A DNA stretch of 64,000 nucleotides. It comes from Balanoglossus misakiensis. Lineage: Eukaryota; Animalia; Hemichordata. The stretch spans positions 3,131,344 to 3,195,343 of the forward strand of contig CM082584.2 in the NCBI GenBank assembly GCA_040954595.2, given 5' to 3'. How positions within the stretch are numbered: the first letter of the stretch is position 1; each line of letters opens with the position of its first letter. The notes beneath the pieces were generated by a model. The model did no database searches, was not told the origin of the DNA, and was given only the letters and a program-made list of their open reading frames with translations. The position numbers and the translations under genes were made by a program. Below are positions 37,096-48,906 of this stretch, one piece after another.

Positions 37096-38646
37096 CTACC
37101 GATTTCAAAATACCTTGGAAATTCTTTGTGTTCGAGTGTTACAATAAACGTCTCCCACGATAAGAAAAAACGTCTAAATTCATGAAACTGAGTACCACAC
37201 TTTGTTTATTTTGCAACAAATTAACCGTTTCAAACGTTCCTAATCCCACTGTGAGATTGTCTGTAGTCTAATCTGAACCTTGTATGAGGATGTTTTGCAC
37301 TGACAACCAAGGAAACTTCGTAATGATGAAGAGCAATATATCGAGTATTTAAAACGACAAACTCCTTCGATTTCATACGAAGAAATTCAACAAAAATTGG
37401 CGGAATTTTCGCAAGCAGACGTGTCTATACCCACCGTCTGTCGAACCGTCAGAAATCGTTTGTCCGACCAAACGTGGACTTGGGAAAAAGATGGCGTGTT
37501 GCAAACGACGAGAGTTGTTTAGCGTGTCGAATGCTGCTCTACAAAGCTCGTAGTTACCTTCTGACCGGGACATTTACGCTTGAACGGACTGCGTTCCCCC
37601 ACTTCAGGTCGGTATATTCCTTTGAAGCAGAGACATGAATTGCTTGTTCCGCGGGTTGCAGTGTATACCGTCTGTTGAACTTTCTTTTGGAGAATCGACG
37701 TATTGCGAAGAGAGACAATTGAGATGAGAATTAGCGGTGTAGGATATAGAGACGACGTACCAAACTGCCGTGTTGTATTCTGAATTTGTGTTGTTGAAAT
37801 GAAATACAACGGAAGAGTTTGAACCGCATCGCTGTATGGACTGATAGTTTTGTGGCAAATTCGGGCGCGCGAGGCCGCCGCTAACCTTCCAGCAATCACC
37901 CGGCCGTTTGAGAACTTTCTCGACCTACGCATGAACTTGTTTGTGGCAGCAAAATATACGAACTCAGTGTGACAGGTTACATTGTTTGAAAAATAACGTC
38001 GGCGCGTCATCGCGCACAGCGGATTTTTTTTCAGATCTGGCTTTTTCAACGTTTGTTTGGCGTTCATGATTAGTATAAATCCATGTTCTTGTTCCGCTAT
38101 TTCCATTCCGAAAACCCCAAAGTTTTAGACGTGTACACTTTGACTAGAAAATGCCTCAGACACCTTCACATGCTGTCCGGCAGCCGGGGTGGGATATCCG
38201 ACCTTGGTGCATCTCAAAGTGGCGTGGAGCTGGTCATGTTGGGACCGGTGCTGTCGGGCGGTGGATCGACGTCTTAGCCTACACTTTTCATACCCGCCGG
38301 CGTGCGGCAATCGGCAAGAACCCATCGGAAGGAACCCAGTCCGTTTAAGCGCAAATGTCCCGGTCAGAAGGTAACTACGAGCTTTCATAGAGCAGCATCG
38401 ACACGCTAAACAACTCTCGTCGTCCGTGCTCGAATCTTCCACCCCTTTCTGTTCACGTCTCTCTCAACACGCACTCACTACTTCAACTGCGCAATTGGGA
38501 TGGGAGGCGCCTCTTTGTCTACTACTGGTAAATTGTTGCAAAATTTACGATTGTGGTATGCAGTACAGTCGTTTCTTTTTGTTACAAAAGACGTTTATTT
38601 TATCACCAGAGGACAAAGAATTTCCAAGGTATTTTGAAATCTGTAG
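37096..38646. mobile_element. Non-autonomous TIR element with TA target duplication, copy 2 (inverted relative to 19857-21583)
   Basis: TA|CTACCGATTTCAAAATACCTTGGAAATTC ... GAATTTCCAAGGTATTTTGAAATCTGTAG|TA; the body is the reverse complement of copy 1, giving near-identical spurious ORFs. Confidence 0.88.
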
Positions 38647-39382
38647 TAAGCTGTTTAGAACTGCCAACAGAAGACTTATTACACACGAGGCAAATTTATT
38701 TGCAATATAGCCAAGTTTGCTCACGTTATAGACATGGGATTGACTATAGTTATTTGTTTACTCATAATACGAATACCGAGGACCCTCAAACAAAATTTCG
38801 GCAAGCCATTTTTTTAGTTTTTGACCACTAATCAGGAAGAACTGATCTCAAGTACAATATTTCCACGACTATTTCGGCATGACCCTATCAACCAAATCAA
38901 AAAGCAGTCAGACAAGGGATTTCTTGAAATAGGAGTTTTTGCGCAAAATTGCTCCCAAATACAATATGTTAGTTACAATATTATTGACAAGTAACAAGAA
39001 AATAAGTAGGCCACATAAGCGCATTCTCAAAATTAATTTTAATACCACGAATATTGTTAACTGTGCAATGATTTTAAAGGGCATTAAAGAGACATGTTCA
39101 TAATAAATTTAAGAGCAATTTCTCTAGTTGTTTTATAAAATTTTTGGAACAAAAATAAAGAAAATGTCAAATTAAATCGCGTCAGTTTAAAATATCCTAT
39201 ATTAACACAGAAAATATAAACAAGATCTCCCTAAACTGCACGCTAATAGATCTACTAAGGATAAAGGCCACAGAAATATCACAAATTGACAAAAACACCG
39301 TCTAAGGTTAGATTTTAGTCCATATGTCTTTTCTACACTTACCTTGTATCGACAAAGCAATATAAGCACAATACAGCAATAT

Positions 39383-40356
39383 AAAAATAGCGTCAAGGAC
39401 ACTGTGGTCCCATTTGAGGATTATGCGGAAACAGTGACACACCAGAATAAAAATTACAGGTAACATTGCAAGCAGATATGATCTTACGATATAGAAATAT
39501 GGAATGTAAAAAAATTAACAAGGAACATGCCTAATAAACTGTCAAATTGCAGAGCAATCTGGCATGCAGTTTTAGAGAAAAAATATAGCTGCAAGCAGCA
39601 ATAGCGGGCCCAAGCCAACATAGCAACATAGCAATAAGCATATCTGCTCTGGATGCCAAGATATGGAAAAGTAGGTCAAAAGTCACCTGAGGTCATGCAA
39701 AATTTGGGCAAGAAATTTTGACCCTATACTGGTCCATGTTCAACAAAAACCAAACCTATAGCCCTATTGGATAGCCTGGAATTAGGTATGCGCATAATTA
39801 ATGTGTTAAGCAGGTGTTACAGGTGAGCCCAAAAATTCGCCTTTTATTTTGGCCCCATTGTGCTTACTGACCAATAGACAGTCACTGTACAGGACTATTG
39901 CACAGACCAGAATTCCACAATAAGACGTGGGACATAGCTTAACCATTGAGGTATAAGTAAAGGTATAAATTTAATAAAAAGACTAAAAAATTAATAAAAA
40001 ATAAAACATCCATGATATTATCTTAACACTTACAGGTCGATGTGAGGTTCACATAAGGTACATGCATACCAATTTTTAAAGCAATCTGACCAGTAGTTGT
40101 TGACTTTCAGAGTTTTGATAAATTTCACATTTTACAGGCTAATTTGCATATTTTTGGGCCTGGCAACTTCGTTTGAACAAACTCCCATCTACAGCCCTGC
40201 CTGCATCTGCACACCAAATATCAAGGTGATACGCGCAGCGGTTTTCAAGTTTTTGATGTGGACGGACATACAGACATACATACATACATCCATACAGACG
40301 CAACCGATCTCATAAGGTCCCATGGTATATAGGCCTATACCATTGGGACCTAAAAA
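39383..40356 (+). mobile_element. Helentron/HINE (DINE-1-like) non-autonomous element with a nested second repeat
   Basis: Shared head agcgtcaaggacactgtggtcccatttgaggatta (also ~25260, ~30267); (ACAT)n microsatellite ~40266-40296; terminal hairpin aggtcccatggtata..tataccattgggacct + A-run. The nested repeat at ~39585-39942 recurs inverted at ~50197-50800. Confidence 0.55.
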
Positions 40357-42713
40357 CGAGACTTGCCAGGTAATACATATTCAGTGTTTTCTAATAAGAC
40401 TTGATGTGATCTAGAGAGTTAGAAACTCACTCATTTAACTATACCAGTGTTTCCATAGAGACACGAAAAAGGAAACTTGTGAATAGCAGGTTTCAATTCA
40501 ATTGAAACATGGCCTGAATGAAATTATATATTCCATTATATTTCCCAATGTCTGATGAATGGCATGTATGAATAATGTAAGCAATAATTGAGAGAAAACC
40601 CATTCATGGTCTTAAGTTCATAGGTCAATTTCAAATATCCAGTATTTCCTTTGCCGGTTGCAAGACAATAGAGTACAGCACATCCAATCAACAAAACACA
40701 CAACAGAGTCAATTCCGTGAAAGAAAGATGCATGTATATGGACTTCCGCCAAAAAAGACCAGGAAGTGATGTCAGATGTTTCGAAAATGGCAACATTATT
40801 AAGCGAATTATGTTTTGTTTTCAAAATGCCAATGGTCAGAAGCTCGATGATAAATGTCTTCTATTTTCCGATGGCCCTAATGGAAAACTTAAATGCATAA
40901 AACATTCAAATATGCCCTTAAAACTTTGACAGGATTGCTTTATAGCAAATGTTGAATGAAAATTAATGTTATAAATGTGCATTAAACTTATGACAGATGG
41001 TGTAAGATATTGCTAACATAGTATATGTACTGAAATGCATGTAGGCCTATATATGTACGCCTCGATTCACGCAAGTAATAGGTATAGAGAAAGTGAATGG
41101 AACAATTTCATGTAACTGTCCCTAATGACATGTGGACAATTTGTTCGGGTATTTTTTTAGTTAGGTTGAATCTATAACTTGCGCTTGTGCAGATGATTAC
41201 TCGGCAAAATTTTAGTGCATTACTGAAAATGAATAATTTTATGCGTACTCAACAAATTTTTTGTCAAGCTTTCCTAAATAATTATTTTTCAGCAGTAAGT
41301 GCTTGGTAATGTCATCTATATCGACTTGGTGTAGTGTACACACAGGAATCCACGTGACGTTATATGTGACTCTAAAAATACACAATTGGTGAACATTATA
41401 TTTCATCCAGGACTTGCTAGTACCATTAACTGTTTTCAGTTCAAGGGTACTCTAAAATATTATTGTGGACTGCAAGCTAGGAAATGTTGAACATTTACAA
41501 AAAAGATAGAAACCAAGGTGCAAAACAATGAAAAATGAGATTAAACGTCAAAGATAATTAATAAGGGTGAAATGTTTGAGAAGTACTGTAAATGTTGAAA
41601 CCCAAGGGAACGATAAGCTATCAGAAAGCGATAATCAGAAATATTTTTGAATGAGGACTAAATAGCCTTAGGAAAGATGCTTGGATGATGATGTATGTAT
41701 AACAGCTTTTTAGCATTACACTCACAAAGAGAAACCAAATAATTTGACATCAAAAGAACCGACTTTACATTCAAATGTAACACACGACAAATCCCTATAT
41801 CACAAGCACAATCGTCATTTCAATTCCCACGTGACTGTGAATTGTACCTATCATTGACAAATGTGCAAATGTCACCTTGGAATAATTTTCTGTTTTTTGT
41901 TACTCGCTTTCAGAAAAATAGTAGTCATCCAAACCTTTTAATTCTTTGCAATATTAAGGTTTATGAGAAGTCTTTTGGAAACAAAGAAGAGAATAATTCA
42001 TTCTGACACCACCTTGTTGTCATGAAAATTACCATTTTAATTTTTCTCCCTACAGTTTATAGTTCAGCTATGTCCACGTCTTATTGTGGAATTCTGGTCT
42101 GTGCAATGGTCCTGTACAGTGACTGTCTATTGGCTAGTGAGCAGAATTGGATTAAAATAAAAAGCCAAATTTCAAAAAGATGTACAAAAATTTTTGTACA
42201 TCTTTTTGAAATTTGTTTCAATCGCAGCCTGCCTCCACGAGCACGTTGAAGCTTTTCTCTCTTTTCATGCTCTTCCGGGTACATAGCGTGAGGCCATATG
42301 CGTGAGACCGTCTTCGTTGTGGGGCCTTTTCAACACCCTCCCTATTCTATACTGTATAAGTCGATCGTTGCGTCGTCAACATGTTAGCTGTTCACGAAGT
42401 TTGAGGTTTTGGCAAGTTCTGTGTAGACAGTAAAATCTAGTGTGCCCAGAACGTTATTTTTTCCATTTTATACCAGGTTGTTTCACGTCACCATGGCAAC
42501 GGTATAAACTTCTAGGCCCTATTGTTATCCTTGGCTATACTGCTTGGAGCCATACGAGCTTATATTTATACTGGGATAGGGCCAGTACTAGTTCTGCAGT
42601 ACGTACCCTTGTTTGATCCATAGTGGCTTGGCTTTCCAGTACATTTATTTGATCTTGAATTTTATATATGTTTTTGTCAATTATTCTCTTGTAGGCATCC
42701 CGACACATGTAAA

Positions 42714-45700
42714 ATGTCAACTCCAGTAAGTAGTGCCAGAGGAAAGCCACAAATACTTACACCGAGGCAACTGTTTCCCGATAATTTGTCCCCTATACGC
42801 AATGAAAGGTAAGTGAAGAAAATATAACTTTTTGTATCTTGTTAAATTGTAAGGTGGTACTATTTCAGTTATAACTAGTGAATGTTTTCATGTTTTACAT
42901 GTGTCATGAAAAGACATCTTGTTCTGGGAAATGACTGTTGAGCAAGTACATATTCATATTAGAGAGCCTCATTTAGTCAATGACTATTACATCAAAACAT
43001 TCTGACAAGTAATTCTTAACTTGACTGCATTCTGTGGGTCTGTACCATCAGTGCATTGTAGAAATAATGTCTCCAAATGTCTACAACCCAGGAATTTATC
43101 AGCTAAGCTGGTAAATTTGAACTATAAGATATATCTGCCAGTCATAATATGCATGACCTTAGTTGCCATATGACCTTTACTGTATGTTTGATTTTCTATA
43201 GTAAAAAGTTGATGTCTATATTAATCTACAGCAATATTGAGTAAGCTACATCCACACAGTCGAGTGCTGACCCAGTCACTGACACTATTGTACATAATAG
43301 TAATAGTCTTGTGGAGAGTGGCATCAATTTAGAGTGGGCAATGGCAAATGGTCAAACTAACAGAGATATTGTTGTTGAAGATTGTGAGGCTGATTCATGT
43401 CAGAAACAGGTTGATCATCATGTTGATAGTGGTGCTGGCTCTGACAGTGATACGGATGTTGATCCTCCTGAATTACTGGCTATGGATGAGATTTGTTCTG
43501 ATGACAGTGGTAGTGAAGGTGATGCTGATTAAAACTGATTTAAGAACCGCTGAGATTGTTTGTGACCAGGGAGGGGGTTTAACACACACACAACAAACCA
43601 CACAGCCAACACCTGCAATCACAGTGCCACCCACATGTACACAGCAGAAAGTACACAATTCACAGTCTAGACCAACTCTTCGGCCTCAACAACACATTGG
43701 TGATGGTGCTTCGGAATTTTCACAGGATATTGATACTGAGCATGATTTTGTTGCGGCTGAAAGGCTTTTGCCCCCAAATTATCACAATGCAATGGTTACT
43801 GATGATTTGCTTTGGGAAGAGAACCAAGTAGCTGAGAAGCGATTTATTTGCTATCTGGGAAATCTTCAGAAACTATTTCCAAAACAGTGCCTGATGAAAG
43901 GTTGTAGTCATAATATTGTAAAGGTTACAGAGTACGCAGGTGGTTGTACCTAACCATAGTAATGTGTTGGTTGTGTGAAGTTGGGCACAATGGAGAGTGG
44001 GCGTCCTCAGATACGGATGGCAGGTGTTACACCAATAATGTGCTAATGGCAAGTTCTATATTTTTATCAGGGAATAATTGTAGAAAATTTTCTTTGTTGT
44101 GCCAAGCCTTTAATTTACTTCATGTATCCGAATCAACATTCTATCGAATCACCCGTTTATATACTGCTCCAACAATTAATTGGTTTTGGCAAAACAGACA
44201 AAATATGATGTTTAGTGCTTTGGAAGGTTGTGTGGTGTTTCTGGCAGGGGATGGCAGAAGTGATTCACCTGGATTCTCCGCACAGTATTGTTCTTATACA
44301 TTTATGGAGAATAGGCTGGGCTATTTATTGCATAGTGTTTTGACTGACAAGCGAGAAGTAGCCCTTAAGAGTCCAGTAATGGAAACACACGCCTTCAAGA
44401 AAGGTCTGCTCTTCCTGATGGAAAACTTAAATGTTCAGGAAGTAACTACAGATGCTAGTTCACAAATTATGTCTGTGATGAGTAAGTTGTATTATATCTG
44501 GTAGTTGGCCATAAGGCTTTGTCAACTGAAAATAGATGTACATCTAATAAATTGTTATATACCATTGAAAAACTCTATGTAGGTTGTTTGCTAAAGCAAT
44601 GAAAAAGATGATTTCCAGCAATCCACATATATAATATCATGTAGTTAACTGCCCCAAATAAATAAACAAACATGCATGGCTAATGTAGTTTAATGAATAA
44701 TTGTCAGGCAAGTCCTGTCAGCACTCAATATTCAAGAAATATATTACTTTATTTTTTAAGTAGAATTAATGTTACTATCAAATTTTTCGTTGTCCTTATT
44801 TTGGTAGTAGCGTGGTTTTGTTGATTGTACATAAAAATATTGTAGACTGCTAAATTTGGTTTTCTTGTACATGTTTGTTTATTAGGTACGTGATTATGTC
44901 TCAGTGATGTAATTGAGGAATAGCATGTTATTGTTTACCTATGCTTTATGTGTGAAAATGTGTGAAACTGACCAGGGAAATGTTACAAATAATATAACAA
45001 TATTGAGAAGAGTTAAATTACTTATTAACTGTTTTTACATACCGTGTCAATTTCTGCAGTGATAGATTGTGAATTCAATTTTCTGAATGATAAACAGCTG
45101 ATGCAATTATTTTTTTTCAGAAAAGGAACCTTTTAGTAAGGTAGAACACGAGCTAGATGTCTGGCATAAGTCAGCCAAAATAAATGCAAAATTGTCAGAG
45201 GTATGGTAATAAGAGGTACTTGTGAGGCTTTTTGCATGTAGACCAAGTGGTGGGGAAATAATGGATTAATTGTGTAGTGTGCATTCATCCATCCAGAGCC
45301 TTTACTAAGACATAAACTTATTTCATTCTAGCTTGGTATTCACTTTTGGTATTGGCCAGTCTGGGACAGTGTCCTATGACATAGGTGTGCATCTCACTTA
45401 AACTTGTGTCATGGTATGATTTAATACAGTCAAAGATGGCTGACACTAGTTGGCCATTTCATTATGATTTTTAAAGCCCAACCAGATCATATTTAGATGT
45501 ACAGCCACAGTTGATAATATGTTTGCGCATACATATCAATATGTTCATTCTGATAGAGATGTGTGTCACTAAAGGAATGCTGATTTGCTGAAATGGAAAT
45601 CAGCCATCCGGAATCACTTCTGGTATAGCTCCCAAACGTGTGGTGGTGATATTGATGTACTAAAGGTAATTAACTTTCAGTTTGTAAGATACAAGACAGC

Positions 45701-46770
45701 ATGCAGCGCATTCTATATAGGCTATCTCTTGTCTTAGAATTGTTATCTTATTTATTTTTATCCTTTTTATCTCATATCTGCCACAGAACAAATGGACCAG
45801 TATCCTGCATCATGCGACAGGGACTCATGAATGGTTTGGAGGTGCATGTGATCATGGCCCTATTGATGAATCCACTAAATTACTTGAGGCTGATTCACCA
45901 CCTATGGAAGCTCTTCGACAGATTGTAATGGACAGAAACATTCTCAAGTCATTAGTGTACTACACTAAATTTAGATAATGTACATGTAGTTATTATTATG
46001 TGTCAATTTTTCTGACAGTGATTAAGAGCTTATCAGATAGGTTTATTGTCTGTTGTCATTCTTCTGTCCATTTGTTTGTCAATAATCAACTGGTCATACA
46101 TTTTGTTGAAAATATGAACTGAAAAAGATGTTGGCCGAATTATCAAAAGTTAAGAATTACTTGTCAGAATGTTTTGATGTAATAGTCATTGACTAAATGA
46201 GGCTCTCTAATATGAATATGTACTTGCTCAACAGACATACAGGATACCTTGAATCCTTTCACAACACGTTGCTTATGTATGCATCCAAGAGGACATCATA
46301 TAAGTAAGTATGCAATACACTGACTACACATTATATATTATTGGTACAGGACTCACGATACATAAAATACTGAAATATAAATGTTCATAACTGTAATCAT
46401 TTTAATTTTCCTATGTAGGTATGAAAATATGAAAGCCCGTGTATTGCTTGCAGCTATCGATCACAATCACCATTTACATTGCACACAAACCCGAACAAAG
46501 GCTGGTGAGCTGAGATATGCCAGAAAGTACAGCAAAAGATCACAGAGGTGGACTGCAGTGCCAGTCAAGGAGACCAAGACGCACTCATATCTGCCGATCC
46601 TCACTGCTGTTATCCTGAATAAGAGAAGGACTGATCCCAAGGGGATTAAACAGCCAGCTGTTCTCTCCGAAGATGATCCACGCCATATCGCTCCATGTAT
46701 TGCTCCTGTTCCTCCTGTGCAAACATGTGTAATAGTCATTGAGCAAATATCGAGATTTCAAAATAAGTGA
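42714..46770 (+). pseudogene. Kolobok DDD/E transposase, spliced, with stops and frameshifts
   Basis: Exons ~42714-42808, 43232-44481, 45121-45200, ~45557-45665, 45787-45974, 46235-46303, 46419-46770. Motifs LAGDGRSDSPGFSAQY, VTTD, HELDVWH, IRNHFWY, HTGYLESFHN..LMYASKR, AAIDHN. Lesions: TAA at ~43242, frameshifts near 43530, 43950 and 45575, and an AT instead of GT donor at 45975. Confidence 0.85.
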
Positions 46771-47462
46771 ATCAAGCTGATTCAAATTTTGTGGGCAAGT
46801 CCTTTATGGTCAGGTGATTGAAGTAAGATATTGTAAAATGTGTGGGAAACAACTTAACAAAACAGGTAATTTTCGTTGGAAAGGCCAATTGTCTTTCCAA
46901 TGTGTTCAAATGTATTCTGATAGGCGCAACACTCCATTGTGGTATTTTCTCTCAAGGGATGTATATCCCCAGATGTGAAGTTTACCAATAAAACATAATG
47001 TTTTTTTATCACATTAGTTTTCTCAGTGTTTTCATCATGGATCGCCAAAGTTAGATGCAATGGAAAAGCACAAATATCAATTTGTCTGACAAACCTGTAA
47101 AACAATGCAAGGAAACAGACACAAATGACATCATTTTAATGAATGAATTTATTTTCTTTAATTCTGGATAAAGAAAAATGAGATAAATGTTCTAAACATT
47201 TGAGTGAAGATGTGCTGTTCACATCTGTTTTTTTTAAAAGGCACCAACATGGCACAGGAAAAGCACATTTCAAATTTGAATTCAATAAAACCAGAACAAT
47301 CATGCAAAAAAAGACATCTCAAATTAAACTAGTACTTGTGGGATGTGGATAATGATCACTTATTAATGTAAACTTATAAAAGTTGTCAAATTTGAACTTC
47401 ACTGAAATTATATTGTTTAACACTGCACTTAGTTTAAAGCTATATTATAAAATAATGAGATT

Positions 47463-48237
47463 TTAATTCCTCCCAGAGTCCCGAAATCCAGTATATGTAC
47501 CATCTCCAGAATGAAATGTATCCCGTATCATCCACACCACACAAGATGGGCACACAACACGGTTACCCTTACCAAGTTTACCGTACTCCCACATAACATA
47601 CTGACGGTACCCAGAATGCCGCATTGAGCGATTGTCATATGTGGGAGTACGTACAAAATCGTATGATCGGCTTGTGATGGCAGTGCGCAAAACTTCACCC
47701 ATTGAACAAACTTGACGACAGTTGGGTGAAAGTGTGATGCAGGATCTCTTCCTACAGCAAGTCATTTCTCTTGCTGTAGGCATAGGCCTACATCTTTGGC
47801 ACTTACACCATTCTGGGACCTTGTGCTGAGTTGGTGGATAGGAAGATGGACCCTGGTCCTGCATTATTGTTTCTGCAATATTTGGATGCTTGTTGAGGAT
47901 GCTTCTCAAGACCCCTTTCACTTTTCCCTCATCAAGTGAATCTATATAAGTCTGCAAATAAAATAAAAAAAGCAAAAACGCACAGAAATGAAAATACACT
48001 CAAGAATTACAATATTATGCCAAAGCAGACAAATTTTGTGTACACAATCAGTGAAAATAAAATTTTCTTATCTCTACTTTGTAATTAAATGAGAAAGATC
48101 ACAGTTCAAGTATTGAAGATTGATATTGCTGAACCAGGCAATAAATAATTTTCACCTACCTCAACAGTGTCATTCCTTTCGTAGGTGGTCATTTGTCTGT
48201 CTTCAGCGTTGTCAACGGTACTGTCGATTTGTGTAGC
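47463..48237 (-). CDS. KolX-like protein (P2X7 C-terminal 'ballast'/Nanor-like Cys-rich domain), Kolobok accessory ORF
   Basis: Exons 48160-48237 and 47463-47951 (phase 0, open). Motifs WCKCQRC.PMPT..E..CC....CIT, RHSGYRQYVMW..G.LG.GNR...PSCVV..IR..F....G.YTGF. Start exon uncertain (possibly near 49478). Confidence 0.8.
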
Positions 48238-48264
48238 CTGACAGATATAAAAATGAAATTAATT

Positions 48265-48906
48265 AGGGGTTATTACACGAATTTTGGTCGATAACGCGTC
48301 GTATTCGAGTGATGTCCGTATTTTGACGAGTTGCGCTTCGCAACGAGTCAAAATACGGACATCACGAGAATGCGTCGCGTTATCGACCAAAATTCGTGTA
48401 ATAACCCCTTTATCATACATGCATATCTATAAAACAGTACGATTTGCGAAAATGCGCCGAGAAAAACAATTTCAAATTTGAACCGGGCGCTGGGATCACA
48501 GCAGTAGCCATGTTGTGACGTATGACGTGTGGGCCGTAGTATCATTTTAAGGGGGTTGGCAGCTTTCATTACGATGGGCACATCCGCATTCTAAATAAAA
48601 TTGTCTACGTTCTCTTTCAAAATATCATGTTAACAATTATTCTGCATTGAGAATTTCGAAGAACTAAAAATGATGCATTCAACATGACAAAACCGCCAGC
48701 TTAGAAAACTTTATTACAGCTTCTAATAACGGAATTTTACAACACCCATCCCCACTAGAGTCCTATGCTCCATGTGTCGCTCGCGCGCGCAGCGAACTGT
48801 CGCGCCGAGACGCGGACGCGATATTTTCACATTGTGAAATACCGTAAAATATCTTCGGGGCGAGAACAATAGAAAGTGTTAAATACAGGCGTTGCATGTA
48901 TGATAA
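48265..48906 (+). mobile_element. Hairpin-headed non-coding element D
   Basis: Near-perfect hairpin 48265-48409; ttatcatacatgca (48410-48423) is inverted at the end as tgcatgtatgataa (48893-48906). Confidence 0.8.

Noticed and set aside
47463-47999. Bona fide P2RX7 receptor gene
   Set aside because: Only the Cys-rich C-terminal-like domain is present, with no P2X channel exons, and it lies within a transposon.
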